DNA of 63,989 nucleotides, the filler included, from Piptocephalis cylindrospora (taxonomy: Eukaryota): assembly GCA_003614145.1 (NCBI GenBank). It is 3 parts of 3 records of this genome, joined end to end, with 100 filler letters (N's around TTAATTAATTAA, not from the genome) between each part and the next. Parts side by side here need not be neighbours in the genome. Positions count along the whole stretch, not along the records: positions 25,122 to 50,126 come from KZ987781.1; 2 more parts are not named here. One strand, written 5' to 3'. The notes beneath the pieces are model-generated. The model made no database searches. It saw only the letters and a list, made by a program, of their open reading frames with translations, and was not told the DNA's origin. Positions 34,012-47,382 of the stretch are shown here, one piece after another. The translations under genes and the position numbers were made by a program. How positions within the stretch are numbered: the stretch's first letter is position 1; every line of letters starts with the position of its first letter.

Positions 34012-36270
34012 ATGGAAAGTGTCAACAACTCATCCCTCTTCCCTTCCTCCCTTACTTTTCCCTCTCATTCATTCACTATGTTACCCCCCAGAGTCCCGGC
34101 TCCACTCCCACTTAATCTCTCCCCACGTCCTCCCAGACGCCCCTCCCAGTCGCAACAGCAGCAAGAGAAGGAGCAGGACCAAGGCCTAGCAACGCCTATT
34201 ACCTCCGCACCCTTGTGTCTTCCTTCACCCACCACCCGTACCCTCCCTTCTCCCAGCTCACTTCGTCCAGTCAGACCTCGACCTGTCCCTCGCAGCTCCC
34301 CGCCCAGCGCCCCTTCTATCCTGGGCGACCATACTACCAGAGGCAATATCCTCCTTCCTGCCCCTCTTCCCTCTACCTTCTCCATGTCGCCGCTTTCCTC
34401 CGGAAAATCCCAAAAGTCTGGGAAAAAAGATCAATCCAACCCCATGCGAAGACCTAGGGCCAACACCCGGAAACGCCCTTCTCCCTCAGCGGGCAAGCAT
34501 GCCTACGGTCGTGTCCAAGATGATGGGGCCATGGCTCCTAACCTCATTAACTTTTCGCCCGCTCATCCTTCCTCTCTCATGGATCAAGAACCATTGTTTC
34601 CGTCCTCCGGGATAGAAGAGGATCAGGAAAATGCCTCATCCAGCCAAACCAACCCCACCTCTTCCCCTCTGGCTTCGAGGGAACACAGAAAACGGTACAA
34701 ATCTTCTTCTAATCCTATTTCCCATGACAAGACTCCCGGGTCATCAGTATCCTCTACACCCCGATCTTCCCATCCCTCCCACATCTCCTCCCTTTCCTCA
34801 GCCCAGCCTGGTCAGACCAATACTCTCCTCTCCGAATCCCCACAATTCTCCCCATTTTCAGATGATACAGCTATAGGTGGTAGGCCAGCCCAGGTCTCCC
34901 CCATTGCCCTTGTCCCGCTGGAAGAGGATCCACTTTCTCTCCCCCTTCCCCCATCAAGCATGCCCGTTGATGAGGAAGACACTTCCTTTGGGGATTTCAT
35001 CGTTCGGGATGGGGAGACGGGAGGCACCGATGGCATGGACGCACTCAACTCGCTTCTCTTTCTCGGGTCTGATGACTTCCCCCCATCCATTCACGGGCCC
35101 CAAGACGGGGAGAGTTCGATAGGATCCATCTTGGGCCTGGAGGAAGGAAGGTCACATATGGGATCGTTAATGAGGTTAGAGAAGGGGACAGACCAGATAG
35201 GATCCCTTCAGGGACTGGAAGAAGGCCTTACCCTAGGTGCTGATACCCCTCTCTTCCCCCATATGACCCTGGATCATCTTCCCGCCATCTCTACCTCTAT
35301 CATTCCCTCTCCTACCGCTCTACAGATCCCCATCCCTACTCCCACGTCCCTTCCCGCTTCGATGGTCACTCCCACCTCTATGGTCATCCCCACCTCCACA
35401 TCTATGCCCACCTCCCTTCCTATTCCCATGCCCATGCCTACTTCCTCTCCTCCTTCAACCTCCTCCCCTTCCTCCGCGGCCAATCTTCTTCTGATCAACG
35501 GTATGCTTCTGGATCGTCAGACCGTCTACCGCTCCGTTGCCGAAGATCTCTTGTGTGGATCCCGACAAAGGGATGGCCAAAGTGCCTGGGACCTGATGGG
35601 CCAGGTAGTGACAGCGGTGATGAAGGCTCGGGAGGAAGCCCCTATCCATCAACCCTCCCACCAGGCCAAGTCTCCAGGGATTCCCGCCATAGCCCTGGAT
35701 TCGCCTGGAAGCCCCCTAGGAACCATGGGGTCGGGAAGTATAACCATACCCAGAACCCATTTTCCTTCCCCTCTCTCTCAGACACATCCAAGCTCTCAGA
35801 GCATAGATCACGTCTTCACTGGGGATGTTGATGCTATCCTGGACGCGCATGAACAACAGCAACAGGAAGATGAGGATAAAGAGATCCCTGGAGAGACTGA
35901 AGATGAGGACGAGGAAGATAAAGCCTACAGAAAATTCCTTGCGTCCCTTCGATCCATTGATCCCCTTCCCCCTCCAGTCCAGCCCCTCGGAGGTACTGGT
36001 CGTCCTACCGGGACAAAGTCCTCCGGGGTCAAGGGGTGGTTTGGAAGAGGGCGGGGTGCTGGATCTATTCAATCAGGACTACGACAGGGGGGGCATTTTT
36101 CTGGGCTCTCTCGTGCTGCCCCAGAATCAAGTCTTGATTGGATCCACGAGGAAGGTACCAAGGAAGACCAGAGAGGTAGGGGGGAGGCTGAGGTCGAGGA
36201 GGATGAGGAGGATGGGGAGTGGACCTTGGAGGACCCAGAAGACAAGATCATTGGCGGGGAAGAGGAAGAT

Positions 36271-36302
<32 letters not shown>

Positions 36303-38006
36303 TGAGGAAATGATTGAGATGGGCGGGGTAGGATCCATGCGGAGGATGTCCACCCACTCCACTGGTCTTCATCAAGGAGAGGAGGAGGAGGAAGAAGATG
36401 AGGAGATGGAGGAAGACGATGAAGAAGAGTATCCCGAGGAGAGGATGGATGCCTCCAAGGGGCGCCAAACTCCTCGTCCCTCCCAACGGACCGGCTCATC
36501 CCATCTTCAGCCTTATCCTCGCAATCCCCGTTCCCCTCACCCCTCCTCCTTTCCCCCCTCTTCTCCATCCACGGGGCCCCTTCACTCCTCCAAAGGAGGC
36601 GCTTCGGGATATGGACCAGAGAGATACCGTGCGGATCCGGAGACTCGAGAAGAGTTTCGGCAAGATAACGGATCTGTTATCTCCCGAAAGGAGTACTGTG
36701 ACCTTGTCATGGATACTGTTACCTATGGGGAAGAAGTGGAGCGGGGTGGTGGGCTTGGAGCGGATCGATATAAGGGCCTAGTATCTGATCCCAATCTTCT
36801 TTTTACTGAGGATCAGGCCAGGATGTTACGGCATCAGCAAGCACAGGTAAGTTATAATCTCTTTATGGGAGAGAGAGGAATACCACTAAGTCTGTCACTC
36901 AATCTCTTCGGCCTTGCATTAATAATCTGATAGAACCTCCAATTGCTCCTTCAATGGTTCCTCCTCACTAGAGAGATGGAGCATGGTGGGGCTACCGAGG
37001 AAGGCCAAACCGGAAGGGGTACTGCCACCCACTGGGCGTCTCAACTGGTAAGGACAATTACTCTTACATTTAGGATACAGGGAAGAGATGTGGTGAGCCG
37101 CCTTGCTCAGCCTACCAGACACTCACCTGCCGTCTTTTACCTTCATCTTATGAGTAGAACCAGTTGGGAGAAGCTAGGGAAAGGGCTCATCACTGGCTAG
37201 GAATTGGGAAGGGGACGGAGGGGGCAAAGGGCAAGGCCGATGGTGCCCTAAGGGCTTGCGCCTCCCTAGGAACTTTTACCTCTTTTCATAACACTCTCGG
37301 ACTCGACGAGTCCTTGGATATGGTATCGGGTAAACTGGATATCAAGGATACCATTCACAATGCTACACACAATGGGGCTGGGATGGAGGGGAAGGAGGAG
37401 GAGGATGAGCAAGGCTCAGGGGCTCCATCGGCCAAGATACCCAAAGAACCCTCTTACTTCCTCATTCCCCCACGCAAGGGTGGGAGGGGCGAGGGGAGGC
37501 CAGCCGGTGGGATTCCCCGGGCTCTTTGCCTCCCCGAACGAGCCACTCTCCTTTTGGATTTGGTGAGCCCGGTCTTTGATCCGTCCCTTCATCCGAGGAT
37601 TTTCCCGGCACGGCGCAAAAAACGTGTGGTGTTTAACCCGGCTGAGGATGCCCTTCTGGTCTTAGGGAAGCGAGCTTATGGGGACGATTGGCACTCCTTG
37701 CGAACGCATATGCTCCCAGCGATGAGCACTCGACAGTTGTTTGTCCGATACAAGAATCTAGTGTCTCGTCGGTACTCGGCCAACCCAGTACGGGACTACC
37801 ATCTTCTCCGCATCAAACCCCTGGGCCTGGAGGAGGAAGAGTTGCTCTACAAGGGGGCTCGGGCATATGGGCGACGCTTCCTCGTCCTCTCCGAACGACT
37901 ACTGCCTGAGAGACCCGATGTCCTTTTACGGGCAACGTACCGGAAGATTGCTCGTGTCCCAAGAGCCATGGAGCTTGGAGAATGGAAAGTGCCTGGAAGT
38001 GTGTAG
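34012..38006 (+). CDS. GON4L/YY1AP/DUO3-like nuclear protein with Myb/SANT-like C-terminal domain, 3 exons
   Basis: Exons 34012-36846, 36934-37047 and 37158-38006. An acidic tract is followed by EEFRQDNGSVISRKEYCDLV, FTEDQARMLRHQQAQNLQLLLQ and FNPAEDALLVLG...STRQLFVRYKNL.....NPVRDY. These match the three conserved GON4L blocks in order. The start may be 34078. Confidence 0.7.
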
Positions 38007-38316
38007 AAGTGGCAATTGAGAGGTGGTACATATCCCGTCATTTCTGTACGAAAGCTCGTGTATGGGGCCACGGTCCACTGCACTGTCCGGCAAATGTTGA
38101 TAGGGATGCCGCTCATGCAAAGTATCGATGGAGGCAGGAGAGAGGGATAAGAATAAAGAAAAGACATGTTTATATTCATTAAGACGGACCATAAGAGAAT
38201 CAGGAGAGCGGTAAGGTTATAGTACGAGGAAGTAATAGGTGTGAGAAAGGAAAATGCAGAGTCCAAGGATGAAGAAGGATATCAGGGTAAGGGGAGAGGG
38301 ATGGAAGAACAAGGCG

Positions 38317-39264
38317 TTACTTGGGGGCATAAGCTTTCATGCTGAAGGTGGGAAGGAGGAACTTGCCCATCTCCATGAGCTGACCTTCAATCTGCTTCTC
38401 CTTGCCCTTGAGATACTTTTCATGTTCGATACGGTTTTGTTTCATACCATTTAGCATCGTTGATAGACAAGAATGGATGTTACTGTCCTCGGAACAACTT
38501 CGAAGATCTTGGAGGTACAGGCCGGCGAAATCATGCGCGCTGGTGGGAGTGCGGGGGGGATTTTGATTCAACAAGTGATTAATGAAGGTAACTTGTTTGT
38601 TCATTACTTCCTGGGAAGGACTGCGCCTAAGTGTATTGCTAATGTAACCGATGAGGCCAGGGTCAGAACTACGGCGTGTCTTGCCGATTACATCTCTAAA
38701 GTTATTGATAGCTTCAGTCCAGGAAGTAATAATGCCTTCGATCCTTTGAGTCATAAGTCTCCTGATCTTGACAATTGCCATTTCAGGGGTCATTAATGAC
38801 TCAGGGATCTTCCCAGATGGAGGCTTAGGGCGCTTATCCCCTAGGGCAGAAACCTCAAGGATGGAGAAGTAGAAGTCGTTCAGATCTAATTCCGGTTTCA
38901 GATTGTTCAGATCAGATTTCGATTTCAGATGTTTAAGTTTAAAGCATGACTCAGAAGCTCTGACAAGTTCTATGGTCGTCATGCCGGGCTTCTTCTTCTT
39001 TAAAACGCAGTCATTGATTTTCTTAATGCTAGCACGAAAGTCGGGAAGAGCAGTGTCGCCAGCTACTGTATCCTTCAAACACTGATACAGTTCACGGTAG
39101 CGATTGGAATGTTGATCACCGTTCGAGGGCCTGCGGACGAGATAGTGATGGCCATTGCGGATATCAGGGAATGTACCGACACTTGAAGTAGGTGCAGGGA
39201 TGACATTGGAAGCATGCAGTAAGATCAGGGTAATGGGGAGAAGAGTGGCGGTAGGGAGGCGCAT
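38317..39264 (-). CDS. Secreted hypothetical protein (315 aa), intronless, with putative Kex2-type propeptide
   Basis: Signal peptide MRLPTATLLPITLILLHASNVIP|AP, then a short pro-region ending LVRR. TATAAAA near 39470 (minus strand). Confidence 0.75.
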   Translation of the reverse strand: MRLPTATLLPITLILLHASNVIPAPTSSVGTFPDIRNGHHYLVRRPSNGDQHSNRYRELYQCLKDTVAGDTALPDFRASIKKINDCVLKKKKPGMTTIELVRASESCFKLKHLKSKSDLNNLKPELDLNDFYFSILEVSALGDKRPKPPSGKIPESLMTPEMAIVKIRRLMTQRIEGIITSWTEAINNFRDVIGKTRRSSDPGLIGYISNTLRRSPSQEVMNKQVTFINHLLNQNPPRTPTSAHDFAGLYLQDLRSCSEDSNIHSCLSTMLNGMKQNRIEHEKYLKGKEKQIEGQLMEMGKFLLPTFSMKAYAPK

Positions 39265-40631
39265 AGCTTAGCACGAAAGAAAACGAGATGGATGGATGAA
39301 TGTACGGGGAGGGAGCAGCAGCAAAGTTAAAAGTAAGATCGTAACCGATAAGCGGAGAGAAAAGGAAAATTGAGGAAGGCGAGACTAGCGTCAAGGAGAG
39401 ATTGTTGGGGTGAAGATGTGGAAGGGGTAGGGGGACGAGTGAGACAAACGATCTTTGGTTCAGGGTAGATTTTATAGCTTTAAGGGGTAATCCCTGGGTC
39501 CATCCAGCTTGAACGGGACTGTTTCAAGCCTAAGGTAAGGAGAGGCAAAGGGAATGGCCAAGGAGAGACGGAACTCCATATCTAGCACCCACGTTTCTGG
39601 CCGTCTTTTCAAGGGCCCTCTGAGTCTCCCCGGTCCACTTTGTCTAGCACTACACTCTTCTCACACACAGCCCCTTTCCATCTCTGTTCCCCGCAGAGGC
39701 AGTCACCCCCATGTGCGACTGCTGAAGTATGGCAAGGGATAGGCGAGGGACGGGATGGATGGATGCGGGTAGTGGTGGGAAATCAGGTGATTTAGCCGCT
39801 CAAGTACTTGGATTGGTCGTCTGCAGAGTCCTGAGCTGGATGAGATGATCTAGTAGAGACAACGTATGCATCCTGGACCCTCTCAGATTGGAGGATCCGC
39901 GGAGTTATCACGTGTAACATCCCAAGTTAACCATGGGCATGGGAAGGGGGCGGAGGTACAGCAGATCGCCATGAACGCTAGCCACGTTCCTTTATCAAAC
40001 GTATAAGATGGGGGCTTCGCCACACAGCGGGAGCCACAATTATGCTCACAGTCACCCGGAACTTCATCATCGCATGTGGGAGGGGAAGGTCTGTAGGGAG
40101 GCGTGTAGAGGGGCATAGTGAAGCTCCAGGACAAGGACTGGATTTAGACCGGGAGAACCCGTGTAGCGCCTAGGCATGGAGGAGGAGATGTACAAGGGGA
40201 TGTAAGTAAGGCGATGGGTCAAGGCTGAGGGAAGGGACTCTAAGTGTATTCAGGGCGCCACTTTCGACCAGGAAGACGACATCTCCGACCAGGAGGGCGA
40301 CATCTCCGACAGAAAGAGTCGTATCACTGGCTAGGAAGGTGACATTCCAAAACCGAGAGATCCACTCCTTACCCGATGCACTCGCTCCCACCCTCCATGT
40401 GAAAGGATCTATGGTATCTTGGAAGCAGGGAAGGGGAACACAGTGATGTTTATGCACATCCCCACTCACCTATTCAGACGAAGGGATGAGACTTGGATCC
40501 GGACAGTTACAGTAAACAGACCAGATAGCACACTTCTCACCCATGCACTCGTATTCATTTTAGCCCATCTCATCTCCCTCGTCCCCCTCTCCCTCCATTC
40601 CCCACCACTACGTTGAAACTCTTGCTTTGGG

Positions 40632-43576
40632 ATGCCCCCACAAAAGCTGGATAGGATAAGCGACAAAGACAAAAGGGATCTGGAGGCTTCTCCCTCTCTT
40701 GAACCTAACATAAGGGACCTGTGTGAGGAGGATAAACCACTCTGGGTGGAGCTTCGAGCCGAACCACACCTCTCCGCCCTTAGCTCAATCCTAGAGCAAG
40801 CGCCAGCCCCTGCCCTGAGCAGGACCAGTGCCCTTCGCATTGCCATTCCAGGTAAGGGGGCAAGTTGGAATGATGAGAGTGGAAGGCAGATAGTCAAGCC
40901 CAAGGTCTTTATGGATCCCTTCTCTTGCTAACCATGGATGAATATAGGGAACCGACGATCTGTGGAGCCATGTCAGATACGAAAAAAGACAAGGGAAAGA
41001 TTGTTAGACTCGGTTTCTGCCGAGTCTACTTCCCCGGAGACCGTGGGACAACACGCTCTTTCCAAATCCCTGTCCGAGTTGGAGCAACAAATGGATCTAC
41101 CGACCAAAGCACTCACTCTGAAGAAAAGGACCCATTCCAATGACATAAACCTTTATCCGGGCACTCCCCCCATCCATACCCCAGTCCTCAGTACCTCGAG
41201 TTCGGACTCTCCTTCTTACTTTCCCTTGAGTCCGGTTCGAGGGTCTAGTTCATGGAAAGATGTAGTGGACAAGGACCTTTATGACCGGGTTACTGCCATG
41301 GAGAGGAAAAGGCAGGAGGTCATCCACGAGCTCATCGCTAGCGAAATAGCCCATGTTCAGGATATATCCCAAGTGGTTCTTGGGGTAAGTGATGGGGATA
41401 GGAAGAGGAGAGTGGATCAGAGTGTACTCAATCCAACGATGAACATTCAAAGTAGACGTTTATCCCGCATCTTTCTACAATTCTGTCTTCAGCCGAAATG
41501 GAAGGCATTTTTGGCAACATTCAGCAAGTACACGACGTATCCAATGCCTTGCTTACTGTGTGGCTGGCTAGACAGACCTCTGGACAGTATGTTGTAACGA
41601 GGCTAGCTGACACGATACAGGATGCCGTAAGCGATCATCTGGATAGGGAGGGGAGAGGGAAGAGGGGTACCATGAGGTTGGAAACCTAATCAACCAATCT
41701 GCTTGATTCCTAATTTCATGGATCCTTGGATAGAGAGATGACCTGGATTGCTATGTACGATATTGTGCGCATCAACGACAGGGCTCCACCCGATTAACCC
41801 AGCTGATGGAGAGGGCCCCTGCACTTCGGGAGATGCTCAAGGTCATAGAGGAAATAGGGCAAAGAGAGCACTTCCTGGACTCATTCAAGCCATTGTGTCC
41901 CCTAGTAGAAACTCCACTCAGATGCAAGGTGCAGGAATTTAAGACTAACTTCATTTTTACTAGCGCCCATGCAACGTTTGACGCGTTATGCGCTTCTCCT
42001 GGAACAGGTGAGCCATTACTATTCCCTTTATGTATTTGATCTATCAAGTAGGGCACGACTCATCCCGTTAAACTGCTTCACATAGATGATCCGGTATACG
42101 GGGATAAGTCATGTGGATTATGAAGCTGGAAAGGAGGCATTGTCTATCATGCGATGGCTCCTCCAAAGGGCAAATGAGGCAGCAAGGGATCAAGAAGAAA
42201 GGGAAAGGGTGACTGAGGTCACTTCGCTAATCCGGATGGACAAGCTGAAGCATCCGGTAATGGCTTGGAATGGCCGGTATATGGATCATAGGAAGCAAGA
42301 GCATTCACTGATCAAATGCTCCCCTTAACTTACATAGAGGCCGGATCTAACCGGAGAAACGCGGCATGTCGGTCCTCGCCGTTACATCCTTGAGGGAGCA
42401 ATAGTGAAACGACAAGGGTCGGGGAGGAAATTGTACGGATTTCTCTTTAACGATATGCTCCTGATGTGTGAAGTACTTCAGACGCGGATGGCGAGTGATC
42501 AGTCCTTCTTGTACCGGGCCTACAAAGAGGTAAGGATGAAATATTTGGATAAAATTGTGATCCTCTCCTTGCTTTACCCTCCCTTTTACTAAGCCACGAT
42601 ACTGCTATTTTTTACGATAGCCCATCATGCTTGCCGAGGTGGGCGAGATGAAATCGCCCAGGCCCACGTCGTTGAATGCCATGGGGAAGAAACGTAAGCT
42701 ACTCATTGGTATGGGAGAGGAAAGGAATTACATCCCTCACTTCTTGATGCAGAGGAAGTTTCTTTCACTTTTCAGTACGGCAAGGACGTGTATATTATCC
42801 GACTAGGTAGTGTGGAGGAATGTCGTCGATGGCACCAATCCATCCAGGAATGCATAGAGCAGTGTCAACAAGCCGACCGGGCCAACCTACGAGGCCTCAC
42901 CCTAAAATCTGGTTAGCCCTGCAATGATACAAGGTCTAGGCGTATCACATCTCTATTAATACCTCTTTACTGCATGGATAGAAGAGAGAAGGGAGGAAGA
43001 GGAGGAAATTAAGCGAGAGCAGGAGCCTATATGGCTGGTCCGTCTTGTGATTCGGGAAGCAAGAGGCCTTCCTCAGGGATCCGAATCGACAGAGGTCATC
43101 GGCAATGGAGGATACTACTGTGTAGCCTCCCTAAATGTACGACAGACCTACAAGACGGCCTTGGTACCTCGATCCTCCCGAGGACCTCGGTGGGATCAGG
43201 TAAGGAGCGTGTGGCTTGAATAATGCCCGCTTTCTCCTCATATCCCACTAACCTTCCCTCCCTCAAGGGTTACGAATTCAGTCTGAGCAGCCCTCAGCAA
43301 GTTCTCACCCTATCAGTCTTTCAGTATGATCGGTACTCGCGGGATCGTTGCCTCGGTCGATGTGAGGTAGATCTCCACTTTCTCACCTACTCGCCATCCC
43401 AGAGGGAGCGAGTCGTGGACCTGACCCTCCATGAGGATGTGGGCAGATTTACCCTATCCCAGGGGAAGGGCCAGGGGATGCTTCGAGTCCGTTTGGGTCA
43501 TGAGCAGCTACGTGAGTGCATTGACCCTTTCGTCACTCCCAAATCACCCTTTCCCCGAATCTTTGGGTCTGACTAG
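40632..43576 (+). CDS. Rho-family GEF with DH-PH-C2 architecture (intersectin-L C-terminal type), multi-exon
   Basis: DH: ERKRQEVIHELIASE, MEGIFGNI, CRNLRLTSFLLAPMQRLTRYALLL. PH: RYILEG...RKLYGFLFNDMLL. C2: VLTLSVFQYDRYSRDRCLG. The start codon is uncertain. Confidence 0.85.
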
Positions 43577-44561
43577 TTAAACAGGACTTGATTTTCTTTG
43601 ACACTGAGAGTCGATTCTAAATTAAAGTGTCCAATACATGAGATAGGAGGGTGTGTAAAGCGGCATCTAACTATTATTAGTGTGATGATGATGATAAAGT
43701 CATATTTTATTACTCTGTGTGGAGCTGGCTAAAACTGTGATTGATGTGGCAATAAGAAATGTTGGTTAATGATGCTGAAATTCCCATTTGATAAATATAT
43801 CAGATATTTTTCTTGATCGTATATGCATCAATTCTTCATGGGTATTAACATGAGGATCAGCATGAATGAATGGTAAGTGGCCAATTGCACTTTTCATAAC
43901 TTGGATTGGCTTTATTCAGTGTCCCTTTTGCCATTATCATCAGCATGGTCCATGCACCAAGCCATCTACTCATCGCTGAAATCTCAAATATCACATTAAA
44001 AGCACAATAAAATTCTCACTTTGAAGCTATGGGCTCTCTTCCAAATTTACCACACAAACAAAAATAACGCAGATTTCCCCTTTTTCCCGGCTCATTCACA
44101 CATTCGAGCCCCACAATAAGGATGGATGATGTGATATTTATGCCACAAAGAGAGAAAGAGCAAGAAAAGGCCTTGCTTTTTTTTTCTCCCCTCTCCACCA
44201 ATCTCCTTTCTCTTTTCTCATCGACTCAGTGGCTCTCCCCTCCTGTACACTGTCTTTTTTCTCCCTCCATCCGCTCCGACGCCCCATCCTTCTCCCCCCT
44301 ATACGCGCGGTACACGCCTACCCAAGATGAATGTGTGTGTGTGTGTGGTCCCCATAGCGCCCTTCTCCCAAGGCGCACTCCCCTCAATACGACTCTCCCC
44401 ACTCCCCCCATATAATCCCTAGAGCGGGTCGCTCTGCCGACAGGCCCACTCCTTTTCTTTCCTTCCTTTCCCCCTCCCCTCACTTTTTGCCCCTTTGTGC
44501 GTGAGATCCCCCCTCCCCCCCTCGCTCCACCCCACTCCCCCACTTTCCCCCAACTCACATC

Positions 44562-45065
44562 ATGTCCACTGAGGAATACCAGGGTGCCATTGGCATTGAC
44601 TTGGGTACGACCTACTCCTGCGTCGCCGTCTGGGAGGGCGAGCGCGTTGAGATTATCGCCAACGAGCAGGGTAACCGCACTACCCCCTCCTACGTTGCCT
44701 TCGCCGAGGGTGGCGAGCGCCTCATCGGTGACGCCGCCAAGAACCAGTCGGCCATGAACCCCCGCAACACCGTCTTTGACGCCAAGCGCCTCATCGGTCG
44801 TCGTTTCGACGAGCCCGCCGTCAAGAAGGACATCTCCAACTGGCCCTTTACCGTCATTGACCGCGATGCCCAGCCCTTCGTCGAGGTCGACGTCAACGGC
44901 GAGCGCAAGACCTTCTCCCCCCAGGAGATCTCCGCCATGGTCCTCGTCAAGATGAAGGAGGTCGCTGAGGCCAAGCTTGGCAAGTCCGTCTCCAAGGCCG
45001 TCGTCACCGTCCCTGCCTACTTCAACGATGCCCAGCGTAACGCCACCAAGGATGCTGGTCGCATT

Positions 45066-45100
<35 letters not shown>

Positions 45101-45575
45101 CACCGCCGCTGCCATTGCCTACGGTCTTGACTCCAAGACCACCAAGGAGAAGACTGTTCTCATCTACGATCTCGGTGGTGGTACCTTTGATGTCTCCCTC
45201 CTGACCATTGCCGGTGGTATCTTCACCGTCAAGGCCACCGCTGGTGACACCCATCTTGGTGGTGAGGACTTTGACCACACCCTTCTCGAGCACTTCAAGG
45301 AGGACTTCCGTCGTCGTCACAAGAAGGACCTCTCTGGTGATGCCCGTGCCGTCCGTCGTCTCCGGACCGCCTGTGAGCGCGCCAAGCGTACCCTTTCCTC
45401 CCTGGCCCAGACCACCGTCGAGGTCGACTCTCTCTTCGAGGGCATCGATTACCAGGCCTCCATCACCCGTGCCAAGTTCGAGGGTCTCAACTCCACCCAC
45501 TTCACCGGTACCATCGACCCCGTCGCCAAGGTCCTCAAGGATGCTCGTGTTGAGAAGTCCGCCGTCGACGAGATC

Positions 45576-45614
<39 letters not shown>

Positions 45615-45659
45615 TCCCTCCTCCAGGAGTTCTTCAACGGTAAGGAGCTTAACAAGTCC

Positions 45660-45694
<35 letters not shown>

Positions 45695-46418
45695 CGTCCA
45701 GGCCGCCGTCCTCACCAACACTGCCGATTCCTCCAAGACCCAGGACCTCCTCCTTCTCGATGTCGTCCCCCTTTCCCTTGGTGTCGAGATGCAGGGTGGT
45801 GTGATGGCCGTTGTCGTTCCCCGCAACACCTCCATCCCCACCATCAAGAAGAAGGTCTTCACCACCACTGAGGACAACCAGACCACCGTTGAGTTCCCCG
45901 TCTACGAGGGTGAGCGCCCCATGACCAAGGACAACAACCTTCTCGGCAAGTTCGAGCTTACCGGTATCCCCCCCGCTCCCCGTGGATCCGCCGAGCTTGA
46001 GTGCACCTTTGACCTCAACGCTGACGGTATCCTTAAGGTTACCGCTCAGGACCGTGCCACTGGTCGCAAGGCTAACATCACCATTTCCAATGGTGTCGGC
46101 CGTCTCTCTGCTGCTGATATCGAGCGTATGATCGCCGATGCCTCCAAGTTCAAGGATGAGGACAAGAAGTCCGAGGCTCGTGTCGAGGCCAAGCAAGAGA
46201 TGGAGGCTTACATCTACCAGGTCGAGGGTACTCTTGGTGACATGAACGTCGCCATGAAGCTTAAGCGCTCCGAGCGTGAGACCGTTGAGACTGCCCTGGC
46301 TGAGGCCATGGAATGGCTCGACATTAACCAGGCCACCGCCGAGAGGTCCGATATCTCTGGCCACCACAAGAAGCTCCAGAGGACCGTCTCCAAGGCCTTT
46401 GCCAACCTTTACCGTTAA
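44562..46418 (+). CDS. SSB1: Ribosome-associated Hsp70, SSB type (intronless, strong codon bias)
   Basis: [32 protein letters not shown] and [10 protein letters not shown]. No C-terminal EEVD; it ends [16 protein letters not shown], as in the fungal Ssb subfamily. Confidence 0.93.
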
Positions 46419-47081
46419 GTGTTGTGTGGCCTAGGGTCCCCTGTGCCTATCCTGGCGCTCTTTCTGCTTTGATGTGTGTGTCTGTGGGAGCAATGTGTTT
46501 GGGTGATGGTATGACTCTGAGGCGGGATAAGGGGCTTCTGCTCCCTTTTTTTCCTCTCTGGGACAATGATCACTTGATATAAGGCTACCATGATGTGCTG
46601 ATGAATATGAGGTGTTTTTCCAATGGGTGAAGAATGATGGTATCTGTGTGTATTGGTTGGTGGTGGTGTGTGGATGACATGGGAGACGATGTAATACACA
46701 CATTTACGCGCACGGACATGTCTTTATGCTGCAAGGATGTTTCCTCTATGCTTCCTTTGTATGCCAGCAGGAGTCTTTGTCTAGTCGATCATTGACTGGA
46801 AGGGATGTATCTCCTGTCATTTGTTTTTATGGGTGGGCTTTTAGGGGGATGGAGGTGGGCAGCCTTCCATTCCGGTCCTGGGGCACAGGATCGGCATCGA
46901 TGATGACGCGCATAGCAATTTATAGTTTTCTTTCTTTACAGGGCCCATCTTCAACAATAGCATCAATGATTTCTGGCCTTCCCTTATGGGCGCCTCCGTC
47001 CGATTCTCGTATACAACATCGTCTCTGTCCCCACCGCATCAAGAAAGGAGACAGGACCAGACACATCCCCTGTACACATAT

Positions 47082-47090
<9 letters not shown>

Positions 47091-47138
<48 letters not shown>
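47091..47138. repeat. (CA)n microsatellite upstream of DCP2
   Basis: About 24 perfect CA units. Confidence 0.95.
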
Positions 47139-47141
<3 letters not shown>

Positions 47142-47382
47142 TATCCCCAAGTCTCCCTCCTCCAGGGTGTGTGGGCTCCGCCCCCTCCAGCAACCACTCC
47201 TCTCCTTGGTTAACCATCCTGTCCTTCCCACTCCTTACACCGCCCATACTCAATCCGGCCTTCTTCTCTTCATCTACTCCCCACCTTACCCTCACTTGGT
47301 ACTTTTTGTTCCCAAAAAGGTTATTACAGTCGTTCTTTTTTTTATCTCACCCACAACTCACCGCTTCCCAAGACCTCCCTCC

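Noticed and set aside
40258..40310. ~21-bp tandem duplication (cgacatctccgaccagga) in a stop-interrupted, coding-like region upstream of the RhoGEF
   Set aside because: There are only ~2.5 imperfect copies with no spacers, so it is not CRISPR-like. I found no convincing ORF or splice link to the downstream gene.
44226..46367. 713-aa ORF antisense to Hsp70
   Set aside because: This is the familiar shadow frame opposite codon-biased hsp70/dnaK genes, caused by avoidance of TTA/CTA/TCA codons. There is no independent evidence for a gene.
46726..47382. Apparent N-terminal extension of DCP2 including poly-(HT)
   Set aside because: The frame reads through a (CA)n microsatellite and pyrimidine-rich leader. 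Homology starts at ATG 47383.
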